A DNA stretch of 64,000 nt, taken from the IMG/VR virus record IMGVR_UViG_3300031521_000039, positions 21,198 through 85,197 of that record; one strand, given 5' to 3'. This DNA is from a virus. This document shows positions 19,865-29,569 of the stretch, piece after piece. The first letter of the stretch is position 1, and each line of letters begins with the position of its first letter. The position numbers and the translations under genes are program-made. The notes beneath the pieces were generated by a model, which was not told the origin of the DNA, searched no databases, and saw only the letters and a list, made by a program, of their open reading frames with translations.

Positions 19865-21238
19865 TTGGAAAATTTTCAATTAATTAAACAAATGCAAACT
19901 AATATTAGTAATCCCAATGAACCAATAATTATAAATAGCACAGATTGGATACTAGATATTGCATCTAATTTATACAAACTGACTGTTACACATGGTTTGC
20001 AAACAGATAAAATATTAACAGAAATGTATAATGATAAAAATGAAGAAGAAACAATATCTGTAAGAATAGTTGATAATAATACTTTAGAATTAAAAAATTC
20101 CATGCCTATAAATGGTACATTGATGATAAATTATAGTTCTACATCTAGTAATGGAGGTGGTTCAGTAGGAGATTTAAGTGGATTTACAACAGATGATTTA
20201 ACAGAAAGTTTAACTAAAAAATATATCACTCCTATACAAGTAAATAAATTAAATAATATTAGTGATAATGCTAAAAAAGTTGAATCTTCTTTAACTAATG
20301 GGAATATTAAAATAGATGGAGCAGAAACAAGTGTTTATACACATCCATTATCACATAGCCCAAATATTATAGCACAAGATTCTAATAATAGATTTGTTAG
20401 TGATGCTAAAATAGCTAGTTGGGATGCAAAAGCTAATACAATACATAATCATGTAATTGGTGATATTACAAATTTACAATCAACTTTAGATAATAAATTA
20501 GTTTCTAGTAATATTAAAGCTGGTTCTAATATTACTATTACATCTAGCGGTAATGATGTAACTATTAATGCGAGTGGAGGAAGTAATAATATAAATGATA
20601 GTTTGAGTACGTCTGTAATAAATACTTATTCTATTGATAAATTAAATTCCACTTATATAAAACAAGTAGCTAATAAATCACTTATAGCAGATTCAGAAAT
20701 AACTCGTTTATCAAGTATCACAAATTATGATCATACAAACGTTGACACACATATGGCTAATAATGGTATTCATGTAACATCTACGGATAAAACTAATTTA
20801 GCTAATGTAGTTGCTAACTCTCATACACATACTAATAAAACAGTTATTGATAAATTTACGGAAGTTAGTGGACAACCATATTATAATGGAAGTGCCATGG
20901 GTGGTGGAATATCAGACTTAACTTCATTTACTACAAATGATTTAGTAGAAAGTACAACTAAAAAATATATTAGTCCTGCTGAAAAAACAATATTGTCTAA
21001 TACAAGTGGAATAAATACTGGGGATGAAACAATTGCAACTATCAAAACAAAACTTGGACAAGCTAATTCAACTACTGATGGTTATGTATCTAGTACAGAT
21101 TGGAATACTTTTAATAATAAATTAAATACAAGTAACATTAAGCAAGGAAGTAATATTACAATTACAACTAGTGGTTCTGATATTACTATTAATAGTACTG
21201 GTACAGGCATATCAACATGGAATACATTCAATCTATAG
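19865..21238 (+). CDS. Fibre-like virion protein with internal repeats
   Basis: YTHP..H, H.H.I.DITNLQ..LD; duplicated DL..FTT.DL.ES..KKYI and NIK.GSNITIT.SG.D.TIN. Confidence 0.7.
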   Translation: MENFQLIKQMQTNISNPNEPIIINSTDWILDIASNLYKLTVTHGLQTDKILTEMYNDKNEEETISVRIVDNNTLELKNSMPINGTLMINYSSTSSNGGGSVGDLSGFTTDDLTESLTKKYITPIQVNKLNNISDNAKKVESSLTNGNIKIDGAETSVYTHPLSHSPNIIAQDSNNRFVSDAKIASWDAKANTIHNHVIGDITNLQSTLDNKLVSSNIKAGSNITITSSGNDVTINASGGSNNINDSLSTSVINTYSIDKLNSTYIKQVANKSLIADSEITRLSSITNYDHTNVDTHMANNGIHVTSTDKTNLANVVANSHTHTNKTVIDKFTEVSGQPYYNGSAMGGGISDLTSFTTNDLVESTTKKYISPAEKTILSNTSGINTGDETIATIKTKLGQANSTTDGYVSSTDWNTFNNKLNTSNIKQGSNITITTSGSDITINSTGTGISTWNTFNL

Positions 21239-21256
21239 AAAGGAGTGATAAATTAA

Positions 21257-23224
21257 ATGGCAACAAATTTAAATTTTAATGCAGACAGCAAAAGCAATTT
21301 AGCTTCATATACAACTGCTGGAGAAGTAGTTTTTACAGAAGACAACATCTATTTAGTTAAAAATGATGGAAGTAAAATAAAATATAGTTCAATAGAAGTC
21401 GTTCCGTCACTTCCTAGTAGTGGAATCAGTTCAGATAAAATATACATTTTAAGTACACAAAATTATAGTATTAACTACTATGATGGAAGTGCATGGCATG
21501 TATTAGGAAGTAATCAAATTATCATCGGAACTACTAATGCAGATACTACGAAGTTATGGTTAGATATTTCAACACCAACTAATCCGATACTTAAATGGTA
21601 TAGTGGAACTGCATGGATTAATGTAAATAATCAAAGGAATTTTACTACAAATAAAATAGATTTAACAAGTGAAGTTACAGGTATTTTACCTATTGTTAAT
21701 GTAAATACAACTACTTTAGCTAAAACTACAGATATACCTAATGTAAGTAATAAATTAGAAGCGACTAATATAAAAGCTGGAACAAATATAAATTTAAGTA
21801 CTAGTGGAAATGATGTAACGATTAGTGTATCTGGTTCTAATGCTACAAGTATAAATTCTCATGCAGTAGATAACTCTACATATTCACCTAATAGAGTTTT
21901 AATAGTTGATAATAGTGGTAATTACACTCATGCAAATGTTAATGTTGCTGGAATAGTTGCTACTAATGGAACAATATTACAACCAAGTGGAAGTCCAACA
22001 ACTATTCTTAGTGGGGAAGAAAAAACTTTTAGTTATCCTAGTTGTTCTGCTGATAAAATGTTAATGAATATACAAGAAGTTATAAGTGGGAGTTCTGTTA
22101 CAGATAATCATTTGGATTTTAGTGATAGTAGCAAATATACTTCACAAGATGTAAGTAAAATATTAATAAGTAGTAATAAAGCACAATTAAAATCACAATC
22201 TGACAATAATGTAACACCTACTTTAACTGGATATAATACCTCTGTAAGTGGTAAAACTTATATTGTTACGGATAATGGAAGTATAACTGGATATGAATCT
22301 TGGAAAACATACATTAATACTGGTTTAATTGGAAGTTATCAATGGGCATCATCATTTACAGGTTCAAATTACTCACAAATAGATTATGGAGTTGGAAATG
22401 AAAGATATTTTAATAGAATAGATATTGGTATATATGCAAATTCTGGAAATGCTAAAACTGTTATAATATATGGTTTAAAAACAGATGGAACTTTGACAGG
22501 TACATTAACTACTTGTAATTTAACAAATACAAGTAGTTATCAAACTTTTTATTTTTCGTATGTGGATAAATTACGCGGTATAAGATTAGTTGTTACTGAT
22601 AAATATGCTTTAGATGCAAATTTTAGAATAATGGGAGTTCAACTTTTTACGAATAATTATCCAATAATTCCACAATATTTGAAAACAACAGGTAGTAGCA
22701 ACTTTAGTTTAACAACAACTGATACAATTACATCTTTAAGTATGCCAGTAGTAATTCCTACCAACACTAATGTTAAATGTTTATTTAGCGTGGATAATGG
22801 AGTTAATTGGTTATATAAAGACGGAACGGGGTTTCATAAATATACTGGTGATTTAACAGTAACATGGACAAGTTCAAATGTGAATACAGAATTACAAACT
22901 TATTTTACTAATTTACCAGTAACGCAATTAAAATCAGATTTAAATAGTTTAAGCATAATACCTATTTCGTTAGATTTTGCTTGGGATATGTCGACATCTG
23001 ATTTAATGGTTACACCAACTATATCACCAGTTACATTAATATATACAACATTACCACATTTAGAATCTTCAAGTTTTGGACGTTTCGATGATGCTTATGT
23101 AACATTTGGTGTAAAAATAATTAGAGATCCATTAGACAATACGAAAACAAATCAGATGGCAATTAAAAACCTAAGTAATCGGAATCGAACAGCGAATCCA
23201 AATGTGATTGTAACAACAAGTTAA
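21257..23224 (+). CDS. Receptor-binding/fibre protein with discoidin (F5/8-like) carbohydrate-binding domain
   Basis: VTPTLTGY...YESWK...W.S...QIDYG...RGIRLVVT...VQLF. Confidence 0.55.
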   Translation: MATNLNFNADSKSNLASYTTAGEVVFTEDNIYLVKNDGSKIKYSSIEVVPSLPSSGISSDKIYILSTQNYSINYYDGSAWHVLGSNQIIIGTTNADTTKLWLDISTPTNPILKWYSGTAWINVNNQRNFTTNKIDLTSEVTGILPIVNVNTTTLAKTTDIPNVSNKLEATNIKAGTNINLSTSGNDVTISVSGSNATSINSHAVDNSTYSPNRVLIVDNSGNYTHANVNVAGIVATNGTILQPSGSPTTILSGEEKTFSYPSCSADKMLMNIQEVISGSSVTDNHLDFSDSSKYTSQDVSKILISSNKAQLKSQSDNNVTPTLTGYNTSVSGKTYIVTDNGSITGYESWKTYINTGLIGSYQWASSFTGSNYSQIDYGVGNERYFNRIDIGIYANSGNAKTVIIYGLKTDGTLTGTLTTCNLTNTSSYQTFYFSYVDKLRGIRLVVTDKYALDANFRIMGVQLFTNNYPIIPQYLKTTGSSNFSLTTTDTITSLSMPVVIPTNTNVKCLFSVDNGVNWLYKDGTGFHKYTGDLTVTWTSSNVNTELQTYFTNLPVTQLKSDLNSLSIIPISLDFAWDMSTSDLMVTPTISPVTLIYTTLPHLESSSFGRFDDAYVTFGVKIIRDPLDNTKTNQMAIKNLSNRNRTANPNVIVTTS

Positions 23225-23251
23225 TAGAGAAACAAAGGAGGAATTAAAATC

Positions 23252-23626
23252 ATGATAGCGTATGTATATTGGAAAGGAAGTTTAGGAATAAATTGTATAA
23301 TAAATAATGTGACTTCAATTTCAGGAAATCAAATAATCGGTGACACAACAATAAATTTTGGAGGAGGTTCTAATTATGTTATATTACAAAATTCAATAGA
23401 TAAAAATATAGGAGATGTAATTGATATTTCAAATTTAACAGATTGTAGAGATTTTTTCTTAAAAGGCAAGGATTTTTGGTATTTAGAACAAATTAATAAA
23501 GCTAATACTAGAGTTGGTAATTTAGAAACAGAACCACCACTTGCCAATCAAATATCTAGTGCAAATGCATTAATCGATGATTTATCTCAAATGATGGTAG
23601 AAATGTCTACCGTTACTTTGGCTTAA
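23252..23626 (+). CDS. Fibre chaperone-like protein (XkdW-like position)
   Basis: Follows the fibre gene; C-terminal coiled coil. Confidence 0.45.
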   Translation: MIAYVYWKGSLGINCIINNVTSISGNQIIGDTTINFGGGSNYVILQNSIDKNIGDVIDISNLTDCRDFFLKGKDFWYLEQINKANTRVGNLETEPPLANQISSANALIDDLSQMMVEMSTVTLA

Positions 23627-23657
23627 ATAAATATAAAAATAAAAGGAGCAAAGGAGT

Positions 23658-23855
23658 ATGATTAATATGACAAGTTTTAAAAACGTAATGGAAAGAGCAA
23701 TAAGGAGTTCATACACAACCAAAGAAAGAAAATATTTCGAGGAGAAAATTGCTACATGGTCACTTAATGGTTGGCTAGAAGACACAGAAGTAGCTTATTT
23801 ACTAGGTATTTTAGATGAAGTCTATGGAAAGACTACAACAGGAACACAAGCTTAA
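23658..23855 (+). CDS. Small XkdX-like protein
   Basis: KIATWSLNGWLEDTEVAYL; ends the module. Confidence 0.45.
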   Translation: MINMTSFKNVMERAIRSSYTTKERKYFEEKIATWSLNGWLEDTEVAYLLGILDEVYGKTTTGTQA

Positions 23856-23903
23856 TAGGTCAAATTCTGTTAAATCTAACATTTTAAATTAATTCTAACA
23901 AAC

Positions 23904-23939
23904 AAAAACAGAGTAGATATTATTAACTACTCTGTTTTC
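23904..23939. terminator. Bidirectional terminator
   Basis: AAAACAGAGTAG...CTACTCTGTTTT. Confidence 0.75.
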
Positions 23940-24009
23940 TACAAGTTTAAACAAATTAATATAATAAAAGAAGTTGATTAAATGAAAAATCAATTTTTAT
24001 TACAATATA

Positions 24010-24038
24010 AATATAGCACAAATTAATATGGTTGTAAA
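24010..24038 (-). promoter_or_regulatory. sigmaA-type promoter with no downstream ORF
   Basis: TTTACA-N17-TATATT. Confidence 0.45.
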
Positions 24039-24198
24039 TAGATTTTGCAAAATATCTTTAATTTATTTTTACTATTAAACTACATCAATTGATAAATACC
24101 GTTTAATAGTAAAATAGTAGAAAAGTCATCGTGGGTTAACTCTCCTACTATCAGTTAAATTAAAATGTACACTTGTGCAATTTAGTACATTAAATTTT

Positions 24199-24227
24199 AT
24201 TATATCATATTGAAAATTAAAATACCA
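24199..24227 (-). promoter_or_regulatory. Extended -10 promoter with no downstream ORF
   Basis: TGGTAT-N17-TATAAT with TGn. Confidence 0.4.
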
Positions 24228-24433
24228 TACATCAGAAAATTTTAATAGGCATATAGAATTGTTTAAATGATAACTTGTAAGGATTTAATTGAGTTTGAAT
24301 TTTAAAATTGCTTAGATTTGATGTTTTTTAATCGACCGTTTTCATTGCAGTTCTTCGGATTAAAAACGGGCAATGCGAACGATATGGAACGAACAAGGAC
24401 GATAGAAAAAGTAGAAAAGATATACTCTCCTAC

Positions 24434-24661
24434 TTATGAGTTTCTAACCTTACTAATAAAGGTTTTCATATTTTCTTCATTATCTAATAATGATATTAAA
24501 CAGTCAAAACCTAGTGTACATGGACGATTCAAGCATTTCATAAGTTTTTTAAACTCATCTAAAGACTCTTTATCTATTTTAACAGTGAGTTGACTACGTG
24601 GTTTGTCCAACCAACTTTTATGATCTATTTTAAATCCATTGAATATGTATTCTTCAGACAT
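24434..24661 (-). CDS. Small putative ribbon-helix-helix DNA-binding protein
   Basis: RSQLTVKIDKESLDEFKKL; RBS GGAGG; own promoter and terminator. Confidence 0.55.
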   Translation of the reverse strand: MSEEYIFNGFKIDHKSWLDKPRSQLTVKIDKESLDEFKKLMKCLNRPCTLGFDCLISLLDNEENMKTFISKVRNS

Positions 24662-24692
24662 AAATTTACCTCCATTAGTTCTCTATAGGTAA

Positions 24693-24721
24693 ATTATATT
24701 ACATAATGAAACATTGGTCAA
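24693..24721 (-). promoter_or_regulatory. sigmaA promoter for the RHH-like gene
   Basis: TTGACC-N17-TATAAT. Confidence 0.7.
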
Positions 24722-24932
24722 GCATGGTTTAATAAGTTTTATAACATTTTTCGCATAATCTTTATTTCTCGAACAATTGTTTGAGCATTTTTTATAAATG
24801 GTTTGGCTTATTTAGAAGGTTTGTAAGGATAAGGTGATTTAGGTGCATAAAGTAGTGGATTATATAAGAATAATTATACATTTTTAATGAATAATATACA
24901 AAATTAAAATAAGAAAGGAATTGATAAATATT

Positions 24933-25487
24933 ATGGAAGAAAAAAATACAGTAGTTGTTGAGTTCAATGAAGAATTACTTGAAGAATGGACAAAAAATTA
25001 TTTTAAGAAGCATCCTAGAGCAAGAAAGATTCCTATAACCAATTGCGTTCATCCAAGTATTAACACTTGGACAATAATGCCAAGGCTATCACAAAATTCA
25101 TTAAAACATAGATGGGCTAGTTTTACTCAATATGTTTTAGATAAACAGAATAAAGAAATGTTAGGTATAAATAAGTGTAAGGTGGAAGTAATTATTCATA
25201 AGGCAACTCAAATAAGATGCGATGCCGATAATTATTGCCTAAAATTCTGCAACGATCAATTTGTGGATTCTGGCTTGTTAGTAGACGATAGTTATAAAGT
25301 CATAACAGAAACAACTACACGAATTATATATAATAAAGGTGTAAACAAGATGGAGATTATTTTTAAAGATTGTGAATTTAACTTAGAAGAGTTGAAAATT
25401 GCACTAGAAAAAGAACAAATTAAACGAGATAAAAGAGAAAAAACAATGTCTGAGAAGAAGAAAACTAAGAAAAAGAAGATAAAATAA
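24933..25487 (+). CDS. rusA: RusA-family Holliday junction resolvase
   Basis: PSIN, RCDADNYCLKFCND...LVDDS. Confidence 0.75.
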   Translation: MEEKNTVVVEFNEELLEEWTKNYFKKHPRARKIPITNCVHPSINTWTIMPRLSQNSLKHRWASFTQYVLDKQNKEMLGINKCKVEVIIHKATQIRCDADNYCLKFCNDQFVDSGLLVDDSYKVITETTTRIIYNKGVNKMEIIFKDCEFNLEELKIALEKEQIKRDKREKTMSEKKKTKKKKIK

Positions 25488-25490
25488 ATT

Positions 25491-25679
25491 ATGAAAATTT
25501 GTACATCAAATAAAAGAATTATTAGAGAAGATTTAGCTAATCCATTTAGTGATATGTCTTACCATGAAAGATTAGTTATGGCTGGAGCAATTGATTTGAC
25601 TGATAATTGCTTTGTTCAAGATTTAGGTAATGGTTATTGTAGGATGATTGCTATAGATAAAACTAAAAAGGTTAAATAA
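25491..25679 (+). CDS. Hypothetical protein
   Basis: Co-directional small ORF. Confidence 0.45.
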   Translation: MKICTSNKRIIREDLANPFSDMSYHERLVMAGAIDLTDNCFVQDLGNGYCRMIAIDKTKKVK

Positions 25680-25711
25680 ATTAAAAAAACTTAGAAAGGA
25701 TGCGATTTAAT

Positions 25712-26737
25712 ATGGGAAGACAAACTAATAAAGTATTATTAACTACACCAGAAGAAATCAATAAAATATTAATTAATAACAAGGAGTTAACACAAGATTT
25801 TATAAATTATTTAGAAACGACAGATCATTCGCCTAAGAGTATTGTAGTCTATAAAAATAATTTGAACATCTTTTTCGTGTATTTAATGCAAAAAGAAAAG
25901 AATATTGACTTTGTAGATATTAAAAAAAGACATATAATGAACTTTCAAAATTTTATGATTAAAGGAGGATTAAGTCCAGCTAGAATTCGTAATATCAAAA
26001 GTACGCTCTCCTCATTAGGCTTATTTATAGAAGCAATTTTAGATGAAGAAAAAAAATGGGAAAACTTTAGAAATATAATTAACAAAATTCCAAGTCCTAG
26101 TTTGTCTTCAACTAGAGAAAAAACAATATTGTCAGATGATGATTTAGAAAAACTACTAGATAAATTGGTTGAATTAAATAAAATACAAATTGCTTTATTT
26201 GTGGCAATGTCAGCATTTAGTGGGACTCGTAAAGCTGAGACGATTCAATATAAAAGAAGTTTCTTTACTGAGGATAATTGTAAAAATGGATTATATGTAA
26301 CTCCTGAGATCAGGACGAAAGGGCATGGTTCTAAGGGAAAGCCACTTGTAAAATATTGTCTTAAATCTAAAGTTGATAAATATTTAGATTTGTGGGACAT
26401 AGAAAGACAAAAACAAAATATCGAATTAGATGATTTATTTGTAACAAAGAGAAAAGGAGAATGGATACCTGCTTCAATAAGTACAGTAGATAGTTGGATG
26501 GGAAAATGTAGTGAAATATTAGGAGTTACAAGTTATGCTCATATGTATCGTCACTTTTTCATTTCTTATCTTCGAAGAGAGTCAGTTCCTATCGAAATAA
26601 TTAAGGATATTGTAGGTCATGAAGATGTATCTATGAGTCAAAAATATGACGATAATCCTAAAGAAGATGGGTTCTTAAAATATTTTTCAGAAGATGGAAT
26701 AAATAAAATTGAAGATAAAAAATTGTCTGATTTATAA
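25712..26737 (+). CDS. Tyrosine recombinase (XerC/D-like) with all catalytic residues
   Basis: SAM-like N-terminal domain; GTRKAE (R), RTKG (K), HMYRH, VGHED, QKYD (Y). Confidence 0.9.
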   Translation: MGRQTNKVLLTTPEEINKILINNKELTQDFINYLETTDHSPKSIVVYKNNLNIFFVYLMQKEKNIDFVDIKKRHIMNFQNFMIKGGLSPARIRNIKSTLSSLGLFIEAILDEEKKWENFRNIINKIPSPSLSSTREKTILSDDDLEKLLDKLVELNKIQIALFVAMSAFSGTRKAETIQYKRSFFTEDNCKNGLYVTPEIRTKGHGSKGKPLVKYCLKSKVDKYLDLWDIERQKQNIELDDLFVTKRKGEWIPASISTVDSWMGKCSEILGVTSYAHMYRHFFISYLRRESVPIEIIKDIVGHEDVSMSQKYDDNPKEDGFLKYFSEDGINKIEDKKLSDL

Positions 26738-26819
26738 ATAAATTAACAAAATAAATAAGTTATTAAAATACGAGCTTTATCAACACATAACCACTATATA
26801 TAGTATGCAATACATAAAA

Positions 26820-26911
26820 TAAGATTGATTTCATAGTTAAAAATAATTCGAATTAGGTTACATGGAGTTGTCAGACTAATCAAAATTAAATAAACTATGA
26901 AATCAATCTTA
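26820..26911. repeat. Perfect 19-bp inverted repeat with 54-bp spacer
   Basis: TAAGATTGATTTCATAGTT (26820-26838) and AACTATGAAATCAATCTTA (26893-26911). Confidence 0.85.
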
Positions 26912-27048
26912 CTAATTAAATATAATAGTAATTATTTTGTAAGCTTTCCACCATAGATAGCTTTACAATAATTAATATAACCAATATTAATAATAATTAT
27001 ACATATAAAAAAATAATATATATATATACATTTCCATAAATTGAAAGG

Positions 27049-27258
27049 ATGGTGTCCGATATGAATGAAAGTAAATTATTACAATATCTGCAATCAGTTT
27101 TAAAAGAAAGAAATAAAACAATTATTGAACAAAATAAAGATATAACAAATTTAAATTTAGAAAACATAAGTTATAGAAATATGATTGAAATATTAACACT
27201 TCTATTGATATTATCTGCCATAGGAAATGTATTTATGATATTTTTATTAACACATTAA
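27049..27258 (+). CDS. Small coiled-coil protein with C-terminal TM
   Basis: Hydrophobic C-terminus. Confidence 0.5.
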   Translation: MVSDMNESKLLQYLQSVLKERNKTIIEQNKDITNLNLENISYRNMIEILTLLLILSAIGNVFMIFLLTH

Positions 27259-27341
27259 TTTGTACAATTAAATACTAAAGAAAACAATTTAAATAAGGAG
27301 ATGATTATCAAAAATTAAACAAGCGAAAGGAGTTAATTATT

Positions 27342-27743
27342 ATGGATTTTGCAGGACTAAGTACTTTAATAAACGAACATGGACTAGCAGTTGTATTACT
27401 ATTATTATTTTGTTGGGGGTGTTTTACAACAATTTCTCCATATATAAAAAATAAACTAAATAAAAGAGTAGAAAATGATGATAAGTTAGAAGATAATGTT
27501 CATAAGGAATATTTTAAAATGACTAAAGAAACTAGAGATATAAATAATAGAATATTGGGAGAATTACAAATAGTAAATATAACCAATCAACAAATTTCTG
27601 CAACTAATGAATTATTAGCAAAAAACAATAGTACATTATCGGAATCATTATGTGGTAGAATAACTACACTAGAAACTACTACTGACGAGATAGGAAAAAC
27701 AGTTGAAAAGATTAATACAAAAATTGATGTTATATTAAAATAA
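27342..27743 (+). CDS. BhlA/UviB-like holin
   Basis: N-terminal TM (GLAVVLLLLFCW) followed by coiled coil. Confidence 0.55.
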   Translation: MDFAGLSTLINEHGLAVVLLLLFCWGCFTTISPYIKNKLNKRVENDDKLEDNVHKEYFKMTKETRDINNRILGELQIVNITNQQISATNELLAKNNSTLSESLCGRITTLETTTDEIGKTVEKINTKIDVILK

Positions 27744-27859
27744 AAAAGTAGCCATTTCTAGCTACTCTAGTACTATCAAGAAATAAATAGTTACATATGG
27801 TAAAAGAATACTGTTTATCTCTCTTAACTAAATTATACTACTTTTAACAATAATGTCAA
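27742..27859 (-). ncRNA. Putative ~85-nt small RNA unit (promoter and terminator, no ORF)
   Basis: TTGACA-N16-TATAAT at 27859-27832; AGTAGC...GCTACT-T6 terminator at 27766-27742. Confidence 0.4.
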
Positions 27860-27865
27860 TATATA

Positions 27866-27935
27866 AATAAGGTACTGTTAATATATTTATTACACTATAA
27901 TGTGTTTTATTTATATTAATAGTACCTTATTTTTT
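27866..27935. terminator. Long hairpin at the convergence of the two arms
   Basis: AATAAGGTACTGTTAATATA...TATATTAATAGTACCTTATT-T tract. Confidence 0.7.
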
Positions 27936-28025
27936 CGCTTTTTTTATTGAAGAACGAATGGTTTATCAATATTTGAAAACTTTTGGCATTACTATCATAT
28001 GTATATTATTTGAATTCTATACATT

Positions 28026-28157
28026 CTATTTAATTGCTGAATTTTTAATACTTAAGCAAATCATTTCTTTACTAATAACAGTTTTATGATCACACTTGTT
28101 ATTAAAACTGTGAGGACAATCTTTATTTGAACATTTTAGTGTATTTGTTTTATTCAT
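28026..28157 (-). CDS. Small Cys-rich protein (43 aa, not in track)
   Basis: MNKTNTLKCSNKDCPHSFNNKCDH; RBS AAGGAAGTG. Confidence 0.5.
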   Translation of the reverse strand: MNKTNTLKCSNKDCPHSFNNKCDHKTVISKEMICLSIKNSAIK

Positions 28158-28207
28158 ATTATCACTTCCTTTTATATTTATATTAATAAGTCATTAAACT
28201 TATCCTT

Positions 28208-28912
28208 TTACAAAGACTTTAATCTTTCATATTCATCCTCTAATCCACAGAATATTAATTCTAATGCATAAGGAAGTGTAGTAATCCATTTACAAAATAT
28301 TTCTTGCCACTCTAATTTAAGCCTATGGTGTCTACGTTGTAACAAGATATTTCTAATAGTTGAATAATTCATATTTACTGTTCTTGTGTTAATATAGCTT
28401 TCTGGAAGTATCCTTTTTGCTGAAGCTAAAACACTATCTTTACTTTTTTGATCTTGAACTTCAAAATAAACATCTCTCAAATAATTCAACCCCTTTATAG
28501 CATATGATATAGATTGTTTTTCTGCCTCAACATGATATTCAAACATATCTAATGAAATTTCAGTATTTTTATCAAATAGTTTATGCATTGTACTTGTTGA
28601 GTTTGCAGACGTTCCTATTTTATAAGTATCAAATTCTGACCACCAATATCTAGGAGCGGTAATATCGCACCATACTTGTATTTGCCTCATGAATTTACAA
28701 TGTTCAGTACCAGCCTTAATTAATGTTTGTGCTAGTTTTAAATCTTTTTCACCTATGGCAAAACTTTCTATATTGGTATTAATTACACTGTTACCTTTTT
28801 TTAGATAGTAACGATAATCATAGCTATCACTTAAATCCCATGAATTTTTTGCATTTCTCATACCTCTAAAACTTGCTTTAAATCCATAAACTTCTGTCTT
28901 TTCAATTTTCAT
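28208..28912 (-). CDS. thyX: ThyX/Thy1-like flavin-dependent thymidylate synthase (divergent)
   Basis: EHCKFMRQI, APRYWWSEFDTY, S.STMH, LPES, NY.TIRNI..QRR.HRL.EW. Lacks the canonical RHR motif. Confidence 0.65.
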   Translation of the reverse strand: MKIEKTEVYGFKASFRGMRNAKNSWDLSDSYDYRYYLKKGNSVINTNIESFAIGEKDLKLAQTLIKAGTEHCKFMRQIQVWCDITAPRYWWSEFDTYKIGTSANSTSTMHKLFDKNTEISLDMFEYHVEAEKQSISYAIKGLNYLRDVYFEVQDQKSKDSVLASAKRILPESYINTRTVNMNYSTIRNILLQRRHHRLKLEWQEIFCKWITTLPYALELIFCGLEDEYERLKSL

Positions 28913-28944
28913 ATTTTTAACCCTCCATTCTTATATTAATTTAT

Positions 28945-29262
28945 TTATTGGTTTTTTATATCATTTCCACCAATTTTATAATCATCTTTAAATAAATCTA
29001 ATCCTTTAGCATACTCATCTATATAACTTAAATCATCATTTCCATCAACTACAGTCGAATATTCATTATTTTTATTTAATCTATTATGTAATTCCTGATT
29101 GTCACTTCTTAACTGTCCATTATCTTTTTGTAATTCATAGTTATTTATTTTCAACAAGTCATTTTCTAATTCAAGCTTGTTTAATCTTGTATATAAATCC
29201 ATTAATGTTAATTGTCCATCTCTTGATTCCATTTCTTCTTTACATTCACATACATTACTCAT
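28945..29262 (-). CDS. Hypothetical coiled-coil protein
   Basis: ORF with RBS. Confidence 0.5.
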   Translation of the reverse strand: MSNVCECKEEMESRDGQLTLMDLYTRLNKLELENDLLKINNYELQKDNGQLRSDNQELHNRLNKNNEYSTVVDGNDDLSYIDEYAKGLDLFKDDYKIGGNDIKNQ

Positions 29263-29322
29263 TTTTATTATCTCCCTTTTAATTCATATTTTTATTGTTA
29301 TATTAATTTGTTAAATTGCTTT

Positions 29323-29514
29323 TTAATATTCATCTGTTGGTTTTGTAGCCAAACAAACTATATCATTCATTTGTTTGGTCAAAGACTCTATTAAATAACA
29401 TCTATCACATTTACTTTCTAAATACTTATTGCAAGTACATTGTAAGTTTTCAGTTTCATTAATTGCTTTGTTTATTATTGTAGCAATATTAAGATAATCA
29501 TTTCTTTTTGACAT
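29323..29514 (-). CDS. Hypothetical Cys-containing protein
   Basis: CTC...CDRC; RBS GGAGGG. Confidence 0.5.
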   Translation of the reverse strand: MSKRNDYLNIATIINKAINETENLQCTCNKYLESKCDRCYLIESLTKQMNDIVCLATKPTDEY

Positions 29515-29569
29515 ATCATATTCCCTCCAATTTTACGTTAAATTTTAATATTTACTTGGTTATCTTAAT

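Noticed and set aside
7410-23855. Diversity-generating retroelement or shufflon acting on fibre genes
   Set aside because: No reverse transcriptase, no adenine-specific TR/VR pair and no inverted alternative C-termini in the window.
24318-24593. + strand 91-aa ORF
   Set aside because: No RBS; overlaps a minus-strand gene that has a promoter, RBS and terminator.
25712-26737. Catalytically dead recombinase-derived repressor (SPbeta MrpR-like)
   Set aside because: R, K, HxxR, H and Y are all present.
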